This document shows, piece by piece, positions 51,010-62,348 of a stretch of 64,000 nucleotides of DNA. The notes below the pieces were generated by a model. The model ran no database searches and was not told the origin of the DNA. It saw nothing but the letters and a program-made list of their open reading frames with translations. The stretch is taken from the NCBI RefSeq assembly GCF_963921235.1, contig NC_086118.1, forward strand, positions 29,080,001 through 29,144,000, given 5' to 3'. The position numbers and the translations under genes were made by a program. Each line of letters begins with the position of its first letter. Position 1 is the stretch's first letter. Source of the stretch: Mobula hypostoma (Eukaryota).

Positions 51010-51722
51010 TCCCTCTCACCTTAAAATCATCTCCTCCACTTATTTTTCAACATTTTAAATGAAGCATTCACACTGTGGCTGCCTTATCCATCCTTTCCTC
51101 TCTACAAACAGACACTCTTCTTTTCATTGAGCCTTCCTATGAGATGGAACACCTGCCCTTTTATCCCATTCCCTTCTCACCATCTAAAACCTAGTTCTTC
51201 AACAAGAAGTGGCTATTATACTTCTTGCAATTTTCTACAAATGTTAATATGGTCTCCTTTACCTTCAAGAAACTAAACAGAGATTTTGCAGGACACATCC
51301 ACTCAGTTCATAAAGTGATCCAGAGCTTTGAGTCCCCTGTCATTTTAATGCTCTGTCCCAGTCCCACTTTGACCTTTGACTTCATACACTTTCCAATGAA
51401 AGTTAACGGACGTCACTTTCTGAACAGCAACCTTACACTGCATTCAACAATTTCAGATGGACAGCCTTTCCAAAGTGCATCAAATGGTCATTTCTGATGT
51501 CAGGTCTTCAACCTGTGATGTAATTCAGGTTTTCCTCTCTCCACCTGCAAACAATTCACCATGTTATCTTCAGATTCCCAGCAACTGCCGTTTTCTGTAT
51601 CTCTCAGTTCCAGCATTGTCTTTCATCCCTTACCTCTACCTTTTTCGCTCTCTTTAGTAAAATTGTGATGTATTTTTGGAGGTGCAATTATTCTTTGTTT
51701 GCTATTCCTTCTTCAGATTCCA
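51010..51722 (+). mobile_element. Ancient PLE GIY-YIG / 3' UTR remnant
   Basis: Decayed similarity to young copies (cccttctcaccatcta, ttgcaggacacatccactcag, ctgtcattttaat, cattcaacaatttcag). Confidence 0.45.
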
Positions 51723-51814
51723 AAATTAGATTAGCTGGTTAACCCTCCAATTGGAAATAATGGTATATGTCTGGATGCATAATTATCTGCTGACATAGAT
51801 GCATACATCAGGAC

Positions 51815-53035
51815 AACAGCCCTACATTCAACACCATCATCCCCTCAAAACTAATCAGTAAGCTTCAAGACCTGGGCTTCAATACTTCCTTGTGCGAGTG
51901 GATCCCCGATTTCCTCACTTGCAGGCCTCAGTCAGTTCAGATTGGCAACACATCTCCTACACAATGGCCATTAGTGGAGGTGCACCACAAGCCCCTTTCT
52001 CTGCTTGCTTTACACTTCTCACTGTGCAGCTAAGTACAGCTCCTAGGCCATATTTAACTTTACTGACAACACCACTGCTGTCGGCCGAATCAACGTTAAG
52101 GAGGGAGATTGAAAATCTGGTAAGGTGGTGCCACAACAACAACCTCTGACTCGACGTCAGCAGAACTAAACATCTGATTATTGACACTGGAGGAGGAAAA
52201 CAGAAGTCCATGAGCCAGTCCTCATCAAGGGATCAGAAGTGGAGAGGATCAGCAAATTTAAGTTCTTTGGTGTTATCATTTCAGACCATTTGCCCTGAGC
52301 CTAGCACATAGCTGCACTAACAAAGAAGGCACGGCAACAGCTCTACTTTCTCAGAAGTTTGCATAGATTTAGCATATCATCTAAAACTTTGACAAACTTC
52401 TCTGGATGCATGGCGGAGAGTATTCTGACTGGTTGCAACACAGCCTGATATGGGAACACCAACAACCTTGAATGGAAAAGCCCTCAAAAAGTAATGTACA
52501 TAGCCCAGTCCATCACAGGTAAAGCTCTCTCCACGGTGAGCACATTTACAAAGAGTGCTGTCACATGAAAGCAGCATCCATCAACAAGGACACCCACTAT
52601 CCAGGACATGCTCTCTTCTTACTGTTGTCATTGGGAAAAAGGTACAGGAGCCTCAATTCGCACATCACCAGCTTCAGGAACAGTTATTACCCCTCAACCA
52701 TCAGGTTCCTGAACCAGAGGGGATTCTTACTCTCACCCCAACACTGAATTAATTCCACAACCTATGGACTCACTTTTAAGGACTCTACAACTCATGTTCT
52801 AATATTTATTGCATATTTATTTACTATTTTTATTACATTTTTTTCCTTTTTTGTATTTGCAGTTTGTTGTCTTTTGCACAATGGTTGTTTGTCCCTGTGT
52901 GTTGCATGCATTTTCATTGACTTTACTCTGTTTCTTTGTATTTACTGTGACTGCCCACAAGAAAATGAATCTCAGGGTAGTATATGCTGACATTTGTACT
53001 TTGATATTAAATCTACTTTGAACTTGACCTTTCAG
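51815..53035 (+). mobile_element. Rex1/Babar-type LINE
   Basis: cattcaacaccatcatcccc (FNTIIP), GAPQ, WCHNNNL, and ORF 52565-52747 (KAASINKDTHYPGHALF...GKRYRS...SFRNSYYP); tail ctttgaacttga. Confidence 0.92.
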
Positions 53036-54944
53036 GCTTTGAATTTACTTGCAAAACATGTGAAATCCCTTTCGAGATTGAGTCAATGTGGGCTCAGAAT
53101 ATATCTTTCTATGACTAATTGTTACTTTCCATAAGTCTTTGGAAGTTTCTACCTCAGACTGCTGGAAATAATCATCGTTGAATACATTCAGTGTTGAGGT
53201 TGAATCATTTCATGTACGCAGACAATAACCAGAGGATATGGGGATGAATAGGAGTGTGAACTTGAAAGTCAGAGTACACCAGAATCTCACTGAATGCCCT
53301 GTGTAGGCTTGAGGAGTCATGAGGCCCATTTCTGTTTTTATTTCTTGTGATTTTGTCCACTCAGAGACCTGGACATTGGCTTCCACTTCTTGTTCCATTT
53401 TTACAGTCTCTTTTACAGGTTGCATTTCGGTGTTTCAGTCATAATATTGTCCAGTATGTAACCAGATGGGAATGCACCATGCTATATTTAGGACATATTA
53501 CTAAAATAACCTCAGTCTCAAGTGGCATCACATTATGAAAGATGTTATCAGCCTTTCCTTTAAAATATAACCATTATTATGCTGATATTACTGCACTCAT
53601 AATGCTGAAATGGATATTATTAGTCCACAGGGAGCAAACACAAAAATCTGTTCTAACGTTTCAATGCAGAACTGACGGAATTCTCTGCATTGTCAAAAGG
53701 TGCCATCGTCCGTTTACCTTCAAGAGAAATCAAAGGATTTGATGGCCTCCTTTGTGTTGCGGGAAAATCCAAATCCTTCAACCAAGGTTTCCAGACCTGA
53801 ACCTCACATCCTTAATGGGTTGCTTTCAGGGACCAACTTCTAAAGTGCTGAGATATCCTGAAATGTTTGTGAAAATGCAAATCTTTATTGGAATTTAATC
53901 CTTACCAAGAGAGTTAAGCATTTGAATGTGTTTAAGTAAATTTTAAAAGAAATGGCACTAATAAAAGTCATAATAAAACTATTGGATTTTTTTTTTAAAT
54001 GCCATTTAGGGTCAGAAACCCTTCATAAGCTGAGTTGTGTGTGACTCTATTCCCTAGGTAACATGAATAGCTGTCCCCTGATATCATCTCTTCAGGACAA
54101 TTCATGGTTGACAATAAATTCTGGATATGCCTATGGGCTGGGGAAAAATAATACACACAGTCCAGCAAACATTTTTCACAATAAATTATCAGAGCACAAT
54201 TCACATTCTGTAAGAGAGAAGAGTTAAGTTGATAATGAAGAGCTCTCTTTGGGAGCAGTTATTTGTATTTCACATACACATCAATCAACTGTTCACGGGG
54301 GGTTTTACTGATCTCAAGGCTTGTCCATTTTGCTGGACCCGAAGCCTCAGGAAGTTCTCTGTAGGGAAAGAGCGGCTCTGATTTTCTGCTGCTGGGTTTG
54401 TACATAGGGATTATGTTCACTGCACCAGCAAAACTGGAAGGACTTGAAGGATGTAATTTGATGTGGAAAACAGAAATATTGAACGACATTAGCAAATGAA
54501 ATTCCAAAGGTTCTGGAGCATGCATTATGCTTAGAAGCTTCACACAATAATTTTTGTTCATCAAGTCTATACATCCACCATAATGGTTATTTCTGCCGTG
54601 GAAGACCTTCTCATTTAGATTATTTTGCCTTACTCACCACCTTTGGCTAAAACCATAATTTGACGGATGCAAGAGTTTTTTTTAATAGAACTGTGTGCTT
54701 CCATCAGAATTAAACCCATCAATGCCCTTTGTGATAAAAGTTGAAAGTGCTGGAAATAATCAACAGATCAGGTGGCATCTATGGAGAGACACAATTCAGG
54801 TATTAGAACTGGAGTTTTCCATTTGCCCAACCAAATCATTGCCAGATTGATTCTGACCCAAGCCTGAGGACTTATAATTATTTTGCCTCAAGCAAATATA
54901 GTCAGGTCCCAACAGTCTTATTGGAGCAAAATAGTACAAGGGAC

Positions 54945-56520
54945 CCTGAAAGTGCTTAGCAAGTCAAACATCAACAGTGGGGAAAGAAACAGGGCTTGCA
55001 TTTCAAATCGAGGACACTTCCCCAGAACTGGAAGAGTTTGAAAACAAAAATGTTTTAAGGGTCAGAGACGGAAAATGGACAGAAAAGAGGGAATGTCAAT
55101 AATAAAGTGGAGACCAAATTGGCAGTCAGAACAAAAGGCTATGTAAGTTAATAAATTGAAATGGAAATGCAGTCATATCTATTAAAAATAGGATTTTTCC
55201 TGAAGTTGTTGAACTCAACATTACTTCCTGTGGATTGGAATGAGTCTGATCAGACAATGACGTGCAATTCCTCGAGGCTACGTGTATATTGCTGGAGCTA
55301 AATGGGACCAAAGACAGAGGATGTGAAGTGGGAGCGGGATAGATGATTAAAGTGACATGTGATGGAAACCCAGGGCCATCCATTGTAGATCAGGTAGTCA
55401 GGCTTGGCTCTGAATATTACTGCCAGATTGAATTGTAGTGTCTGGATCTTTTAAAGGAAAAATTAATGAGGACAAGGTTGCACTGACAGGAGTGAAGGGG
55501 GTGGGGATGTTTGTTTAACCTATCTGTTACTTGAAAACCAGAAATGAGATGGGATAATGTAGAAGTAAAGTATAAAATGGAGGAATAAGTTTGAAGATAT
55601 TGTTATCTCCCATCATTTGAGTTCCAGTACTGGTCATGGCTTCAGTAATGATCACTGTATTGATAGTGAGCACCTTATCCTCCATAGGTGTAAACACGAG
55701 GAATTCTGCAGATGCTGGAAATTCAAGCAACACACATCAAAGTTGCTGGTGAACGCAGCAGGCCAGGCAGCATCTCTAGGAAGAGGTACAGTCGACGTTT
55801 CAAGCCGAGACCCTTCGTCGGGACTAACTGAAGGAAGTTAGTCCTGACAAAGGGTCTCGGCCTGAAACGTCAACTGTACCTCTTCCTAGAGATGCTGCCT
55901 GGCCTGCTGCGTTCACCAGCAACTTTGATGTGTGTTCCTCCATAGGTGTAATGGGTTAGTACCCCATTGGTTAGCTGCTACTGTTGCATTTGATCACCTG
56001 AGAGAGAGGTAAAGAGAGGAAGAATGAGAAATAAGGACTAATATGTTTGAGGGTGTTGTGCAACATGTTCAGTTGGTGAGGTTGTCAATGCCGAGACTGT
56101 AAGGGAGCTGTGAGATGTGGACATGAGGTTTCTATCAGTGTTCACAGTGGAAGGGTGAGGCAAACTCTGCATACTTTGAGTGTTAACTACTGCACCCATC
56201 TGGTCTCATCTGGCTCCCTATAAATAAAGGAGATTTCTTCTCTCCACTGCAAGCAACCAAGGCCTCCAGAGCATGATTGAAAAGTTCCTTAACTGTCCCC
56301 ATTCTACAAATTCTCTTAAGTCAGGTTATTTTCCATTCAAAACATAATTCCCTTTTGACAAGCACAGGCTGGCTTAAAGTACTTTTGATCCAATTTTAAC
56401 GCTTGCCAACCATTCACAATGTTGGACTTCCCACTGAGATGAGCACATTACTGCAAAGCTGAAGGCACTAAATTCCTGTATCCATGTTTGTGAACTTCTC
56501 ATATAAGCACGTCCCTGAAT
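54945..56520. mobile_element. Ancient PLE remnant(s) hosting the young hairpin at 55694
   Basis: Decayed terminus gaaagtgcttagcaagtcaaacatc; antisense GIY-YIG end (gaagttgttgaactcaacat...gacgtgcaattcctcgag); weak sense-like remnant at about 56300-56500. Confidence 0.45.
55694..55935. mobile_element. 242-bp PLE mini-hairpin with 16-bp TSD
   Basis: 101-bp arms 55729-55829 / 55836-55936 (last base overlaps the TSD), 6-nt loop, 35-nt tail 55694-55728. TSD tcctccataggtgtaa at 55678-55693 and 55936-55951. Confidence 0.95.
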
Positions 56521-56934
56521 GTTAAAGGCTCCCTAAGTCTGAACAAAATCCATGACAGAGTCTAGTCTGGCTATGACTCCCTGCATTATGCTGGAGACCT
56601 CAAATCTCCAGTCCTATACCCATCATACCATGATTCCGAATGTTAAAAGGCCTGAACAGATTAGATATGACAAAGTTATTTCCCATGGTAGGGGATTCAA
56701 GGACAAGAGGGCACGACTTCAGGATTGGAGGATTTCCTTTTAGAACTGAGATATGGATAAATTACTTTAGTCAGAGGGTGGTAAAATCTGTGGAATTTGT
56801 TGCCACGCGCAGCTGTGGAGGTCAAGTTATTTGGATGTATTTAAGGGAGAGATAGATAGGTTCTTGATTAACGCAACATACATCAAAGTTGCTGGTGAAC
56901 GCAGCAGGCCAAGCAGCATCTATAGGAAGAGGCG

Positions 56935-56971
56935 CAGTCGACGTTTCAGGCCGAGACCCTTCGTCAGGACT
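56935..56971 (-). ncRNA. Minimal type I hammerhead ribozyme motif (intact core)
   Basis: Minus strand agtc-CTGACGA-agggtctcggcct-GAAA-C-GTC-gactg. Confidence 0.85.
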
Positions 56972-57265
56972 AACTGAAGGAAGAGTGAGTAAGGGATTTG
57001 AAAGCTGGAGGGGGAGGGGGAGATGCAAAATGATAGGAGAAGACAGGAGGGGGAGGGATAGAGCCGAGAGCTGGACAGGTGATAGGCAAAAGGGGATACG
57101 AGAGGATCATGGGACAGGAGGCCTAGGGAGAAAGACGGGGGGGGGGGTGACCCAGAGGATGGGCAAGAGGTATATTCAGAGGGACAGAGGGAGAAAAAGG
57201 AGAGTGAGAGAAAGAATGTGTGCATAAAAATGAGTAACAGCTGGGGTACGAGGGGGAGGTGGGGC

Positions 57266-58016
57266 CTAGCGGAAGTTAGAGAAGTCAATGTTCATGCCAT
57301 CAGGTTGGAGGCTACCCAGACAGAATATAAGGTGTTGTTCCTCCAACCTGAGTGTGGCTTCATCTTTACAGTAGAGGAGGCCGTGGATAGACATGTCAGA
57401 ATGGGAATGGGATGTGGAATTAAAATGTGTGGCCACTGGGAGATCCTGCTTTCTCTGGCAGACAGAGCGTAGATGTTCAGCAAAGCGGTCTCCCAGTCTG
57501 CGTCGGGTCTCACCAATATATAAAAGGCCACATCGGGAGCACCGGACGCAGTATATCACCCCAGTCGACTCACAGGTGAAGTGATGCCTCACCTGGAAGG
57601 ACTGTTTGGGGCCCTGAATGGTGGTAAGGGAGGAAGTGTAAGGGCATGTGTAGCACTTGTTCCACTTACACGGATAAGTGCCAGGAGGGAGATCAGTGGG
57701 GAGGGATGGGGGGGACGAATGGACAAGGGAGTTGTGTAGGGAGCGATCCCTGCGGAATGCAGAGAGAGGGAAAGATGTGCTTAGTGGTGGGATCCCGTTG
57801 GAGGTGGCGGAAGTTACGGAGAATAATATGTTGGACCCGGAGGCTGGTGGGGTGGTAGGTGAGGACCAGGGGAACCCTATTCCTAGTGGGGTGGTGGGAG
57901 GATGGAGTGAGAGCAGATGTACGTGAAATGGAGGAGATGCGTTTAAGAGCAGAGTTGATAGTGGAGGAAGGGAAGCCTCTTTCTTTAAAAAATGAAGATA
58001 TCTCCCTCGTCCTAGG
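57266..58016 (-). pseudogene. PLE C-terminal fragment (Cys-rich linker plus GIY-YIG), left arm
   Basis: YPCKWNKCYTCPY, VIYCVRCSRCGLLYIGET..RLGDRFAEH, LEEQHLIF.LGSLQPDGMN; 5'-truncated, with a frameshift upstream of the domain. Confidence 0.92.
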
Positions 58017-58728
58017 GGCTTCCCTTCCTCCACTATCAACTCTGCTCTTAAACGCATCTCCTCCATTTCACGTACATCTGCTCTCACTCCATCCTCCCAC
58101 CACCCCACTAGGAATAGGGTTCCCCTGGTCCTCACCTACCACCCCACCAGCCTCCGGGTCCAACATATTATTCTCCGTAACTTCCGCCACCTCCAACGGG
58201 ATCCCACCACTAAGCACATCTTTCCCTCTCTCTGCATTCCGCAGGGATCGCTCCCTACACAACTCCCTTGTCCATTCGTCCCCCCCATCCCTCCCCACTG
58301 ATCTCCCTCCTGGCACTTATCCGTGTAAGTGGAACAAGTGCTACACATGCCCTTACACTTCCTCCCTTACCACCATTCAGGGCCCCAAACAGTCCTTCCA
58401 GGTGAGGCATCACTTCACCTGTGAGTCGACTGGGGTGATATACTGCGTCCGGTGCTCCCGATGTGGCCTTTTATATATTGGTGAGACCCGACGCAGACTG
58501 GGAGACCGCTTTGCTGAACATCTACGCTCTGTCCGCCAGAGAAAGCAGGATCTCCCAGTGGCCACACATTTTAATTCCACATCCCATTCCCATTCTGACA
58601 TGTCTATCCACGGCCTCCTCTACTGTAAAGATGAAGCCACACTCAGGTTGGAGGAACAACACCTTATATTCCGTCTGGGTAGCCTCCAACCTGATGGCAT
58701 GAACATTGACTTCTCTAACTTCCGCTAG
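58017..58728 (+). pseudogene. PLE C-terminal fragment (Cys-rich linker plus GIY-YIG), right arm
   Basis: Same motifs as the left arm (VIY...YIGET, RFAEH, PVATHF, GMN). The Cys-rich linker suggests the Neptune group. Confidence 0.92.
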
Positions 58729-59020
58729 GCCCCACCTCCCCCTCGTACCCCAGCTGTTACTCATTTTTATGCACACATTCTTTCTCTCACTCTCCTTTTT
58801 CTCCCTCTGTCCCTCTGAATATACCTCTTGCCCATCCTCTGGGTCACCCCCCCCCGTCTTTCTCCCTAGGCCTCCTGTCCCATGATCCTCTCGTATCCCC
58901 TTTTGCCTATCACCTGTCCAGCTCTCGGCTCTATCCCTCCCCCTCCTGTCTTCTCCTATCATTTTGCATCTCCCCCTCCCCCTCCAGCTTTCAAATCCCT
59001 TACTCACTCTTCCTTCAGTT

Positions 59021-59057
59021 AGTCCTGACGAAGGGTCTCGGCCTGAAACGTCGACTG
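59021..59057 (+). ncRNA. Minimal type I hammerhead ribozyme motif (intact core)
   Basis: agtc-CTGACGA-agggtctcggcct-GAAA-C-GTC-gactg; predicted cleavage after 59052. Confidence 0.85.
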
Positions 59058-60891
59058 CGCCTCTTCCTATAGATGCTGCTTGGCCTGCTGCGTTCACCAG
59101 CAACTTTGATGTATGTTGCTTGAATTTCCAGCATCTGCAGAATTCCTGTTGTTTAGGTTCTTGATTAGCCAGGGCATCAAAGGGTATGGGGTGAAAGCAG
59201 GGGAGTGGCGATGACTGGAAGAATTGGACCAGCCCATGATTGAATGGCGAAGCAGAGTCGATGGGCCGAATAGCCTACTTCTGCTCCTATATCTTATGGT
59301 CTTATGGTTATACCTGATACAGTGTAGCCCACATTTATTTGAATGGGGTTTACACCTGGAGGGTGATTGTAGATAATCTTATTTCAGATTATTTCTTTGT
59401 ATGTTAATATGATTTAACTATTTTAAATTATCTACAATGCATATAAGCATTTAAGAAAACCCTCTGGATATCAGAAACATTTATAAACTGTGACAGCAGG
59501 TGAAGTTCCACCCTTACTTTGTCTCCTTGGAAACGAGCTCAGAGTGTCTTGGAAACAGGACCTGAGCTTTACAAGGCCTCAGAGATCCACTTACACCCTA
59601 TGCCTTGTTACACCTCACCAAGGATCAGCTGAACCAGTTTGCATTAAGCCCAGATAAGCGTGAGTGGACTGGAACAGAGAGCACGAGTTAGAGCAATTTG
59701 GTTCTGCCCATTTATTTCCTCCACCTTTAACACCTTTAACAATCAAAATATTCAGAGGAAGGAAATGAGAGATCAATGAAACAGATTTAATGTCTGTCAG
59801 CATAGTGGAAAGGTAGCAAAATAAATGATAGGTCAAGTTGTGAGACTATATTGTGGCAGTTAGCCCAGCAGGAAGATAAAAATATAGGCTGTCTGTATTT
59901 TGGAGCTTAATGAAATGACTTTTTACTTCATTTTTCAGTCAGAGTCCCATAATTAAACTAATAGCAAGTGCAGTCTACTGAATGAACATCTGTTTTTGAC
60001 CAAAGAACTCAGTATCATAATATGCTGTAAGCAGGAACTTCCTAATTGGCAATACTGGAAACAGAAAATAGTTAGCATTCTTTTACAGTTATAAATGAGT
60101 GGCCCAATTTAAATGTTGGTGGTGTATGTGGTGAAGTGTGCATAAACCACAATAGCAGACTCTTGTGCATTTTATGTGCCCAGGGAAAGGCTTACATTAT
60201 GCTTCTTCCTGTCTTTTATCACAGCAAAAAGACAAAAATAATTTTGAATGTTACATTCGAGTGATTGCCTTTCAAGCTGACTTCTATTTTTGCAGGTTTA
60301 GCTAAATAAAGATTCAGGGAGCAAGATTGAGCATTGCAATTATTTTTGAGAGCTACATGTGTACAGTATCTCCTTCTTGAAAGTGCCATGCCTAGCATGT
60401 GGATGTTTGTGGGGGTGAATTGGACATCACATTGGCAAAGGAGACAGCATGCACATACAGGGGCATACAATAGTAATGTACAGGGCAGGCAGAACAAGAT
60501 GTCAATCAATGTGCAATATTTATTAAATGTCACCACTACCATTTTGAAGCTCATTGCAACTCTAGCTTATGCATTTAAACGCAGGTTCAGCAGCAGGAAA
60601 GACACCCGCCACCACAAATTGTAAAATAAACCATCAATTGCCCACAGGTTATTTACCTGATGACTTATTCTGGTCATAACTATTATTTAACGAGGACTTG
60701 AGGCTTCCAAGTTGCAAAGATTTACACAGACTGGTGTAGAAGGTGCTGCAGGATATTTTACGAGCTTCAAGTTTTCTGCACATACCTGATGTGTACATTT
60801 ATACTGTAAATGTTCTCCTTGGAGAAAGGGTGACAATGCATGAGAAGGCATGGAGTGCTAGAAGTTGTGTTTGGAGAGAAGGAATGGGGTC

Positions 60892-62050
60892 TTCAAGATT
60901 CAAGTTTATATATCACATGTACATCAAAACAAACAATGAAATGTGTTGTTTTTGTTAGCAACCAACACACTCGAGGTGTACTGGGGACAACCTGCAAGTG
61001 TTGGCATACCTTTGGTGCCAACTTAGCATGGCCACAATGCTCAGCGGAAACACACAAATCACAACAATCTACAAAACAACAACAGCAAAACAAACCCTCA
61101 TTCCTCCCTCCCATCTATACAGGCGTCATCCTCTAACCCCAAAGACAGTCCACCTTCCAATCTCCACCCTCTATCCTCCAGCAGACCCAGATACTGACTC
61201 AGATTTAGACACGACACGCAGGCATTGGGCCTTTGACTACCCCGGGGGACTTGCTGAGGTTCACAGACCTGGGGCTCTTGCCAGTAGGCCTTGTTATGTA
61301 CCCCTAGGGTTCATATTTTATGTGGACTGTCACTGTAAAAGGTCGGGAGATTGAGACTGACTTTTGGACACTGTATGAGCTGTTACAGAGAGAGAGAGGG
61401 ACGAAGCCTGCCTTGAGATGATGTTTATATGAACTCTAAAGCTTGTTTTGAATACACAAGGACACTGCCTGCCTGTGCGACTGACTTGGACAGAGAGAGC
61501 AGCAAGCAGCTCGTGAGTCATCATGGTAACCGAGGGTGGCGTTATGTGATGGACAGCTGGTGTTCAGCAATATGTAAAAGCCTCACCTTCCAGACATACA
61601 ATTCAACTCTTAGGCCTTGATCCTTGGCGTCGACCGAGGACTTGCCAATCACAGAACACCAGGCTTCGAACTCTGGATCCATTGATGGTGGGACCTCGAA
61701 TGCTAGGCCTCAAAATCTGGTCCCACTGATTTGCAAATCCAGTGGGCCATGGGACATCCCTCCTCCTGCCCCCAGGAAATATGACAATAGCTCACTGAAC
61801 CAAAGGGAGCCATAACCTTTGTTCATGATGGTCTGTCAACTGTACATCCTGGCCCGGTTTGTGGATGTCCCATGTCCATATTATGTCCCTCGAACATGAA
61901 GCAAAGACTTACGACTGAGGACTGCAGCCTGTTCTCTAATTCTCCCACATCCCTGTCTCTAAAATCCTAACCTGACCCCTCATTCCCTTCTCTGTTCCCA
62001 ATATCATCCCCTCAAACTCAAAAGACAACTAAAACTGAGCTGTAACCTCA
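60892..62050 (-). mobile_element. Non-coding retroelement with Rex-like 3' tail (probably non-autonomous)
   Basis: (ttcaaga)n tail and tttatatatcacatgtacatcaaaac...aatgaaatgtgttgtt at the left end; GC-richer non-coding body; right boundary uncertain. Confidence 0.5.
61292..61579. mobile_element. Probable short solo LTR with 4-bp TSD
   Basis: Starts TGTTATGTACCCC and ends TGTAAAA (decayed ..TAACA); flanked by gcct at 61288-61291 and 61580-61583. Confidence 0.45.
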
Positions 62051-62348
62051 AAGGAGGTAAATAGAGGAGAAGCTGCAGAGTAGTTAGCCTGAAAATACAA
62101 TATCATGGAAGCGATAAAAGATATTGATAGGGTTGGGAAGAATCAGCTTCATTTATGAAAATGAAATCACAACAGACAGATGCATGAGATTGTAACAAGT
62201 AGAATGGATGAGGGGAAACCAATGGGTGTGATTGGTCAGGTGTTTCTCTTTAATGTGCCATCTGTGCCATAAAGTGGAATTAAGCACATGATTGGGAATA
62301 TCAGTGTGGATTAAGGATTAGTTAACATTCAAAAATTAGTTAACTTAT

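Larger units (their letters stand above)
56871..59153. mobile_element. Young 2283-bp palindromic PLE insertion
   Basis: Arms 56873-57977 / 58017-59119 are near-perfect reverse complements; 39-nt spacer; 34-nt tail 59120-59153; 14-bp TSD taggttcttgatta at 56857-56870 and 59154-59167. Confidence 0.97.
56635..59310 (+). mobile_element. CR1 3' fragment (56635-56870 plus 59154-59310) split by the PLE palindrome
   Basis: ORF 56640-56855 (LKGLNRLD, YFSQRVV). The sequence continues after the insert (taggttcttgattagccagggcatcaaaggg) to a (cttatggt)n tail. Confidence 0.92.

Noticed and set aside
57005..57270. G-rich tract as an independent G-quadruplex regulatory element
   Set aside because: It is the antisense of the pyrimidine-rich PLE 3' UTR and is already explained by the element.
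57266..58728. Two mirror-image 289-aa ORFs (57859-58728 plus, 57266-58135 minus) as a novel bidirectional gene
   Set aside because: They are by-products of the palindrome. The N-terminal part is antisense PLE starting at a GTG, the middle is off-frame, and only the C-terminal GIY-YIG part is real, truncated transposon protein.
56871..59153. Palindrome as a sequencing or assembly fold-back artefact
   Set aside because: A 14-bp TSD splits a collinear CR1, the arms differ by CpG-type substitutions, and the same architecture recurs in older, diverged copies. Raw reads would still be the final test.
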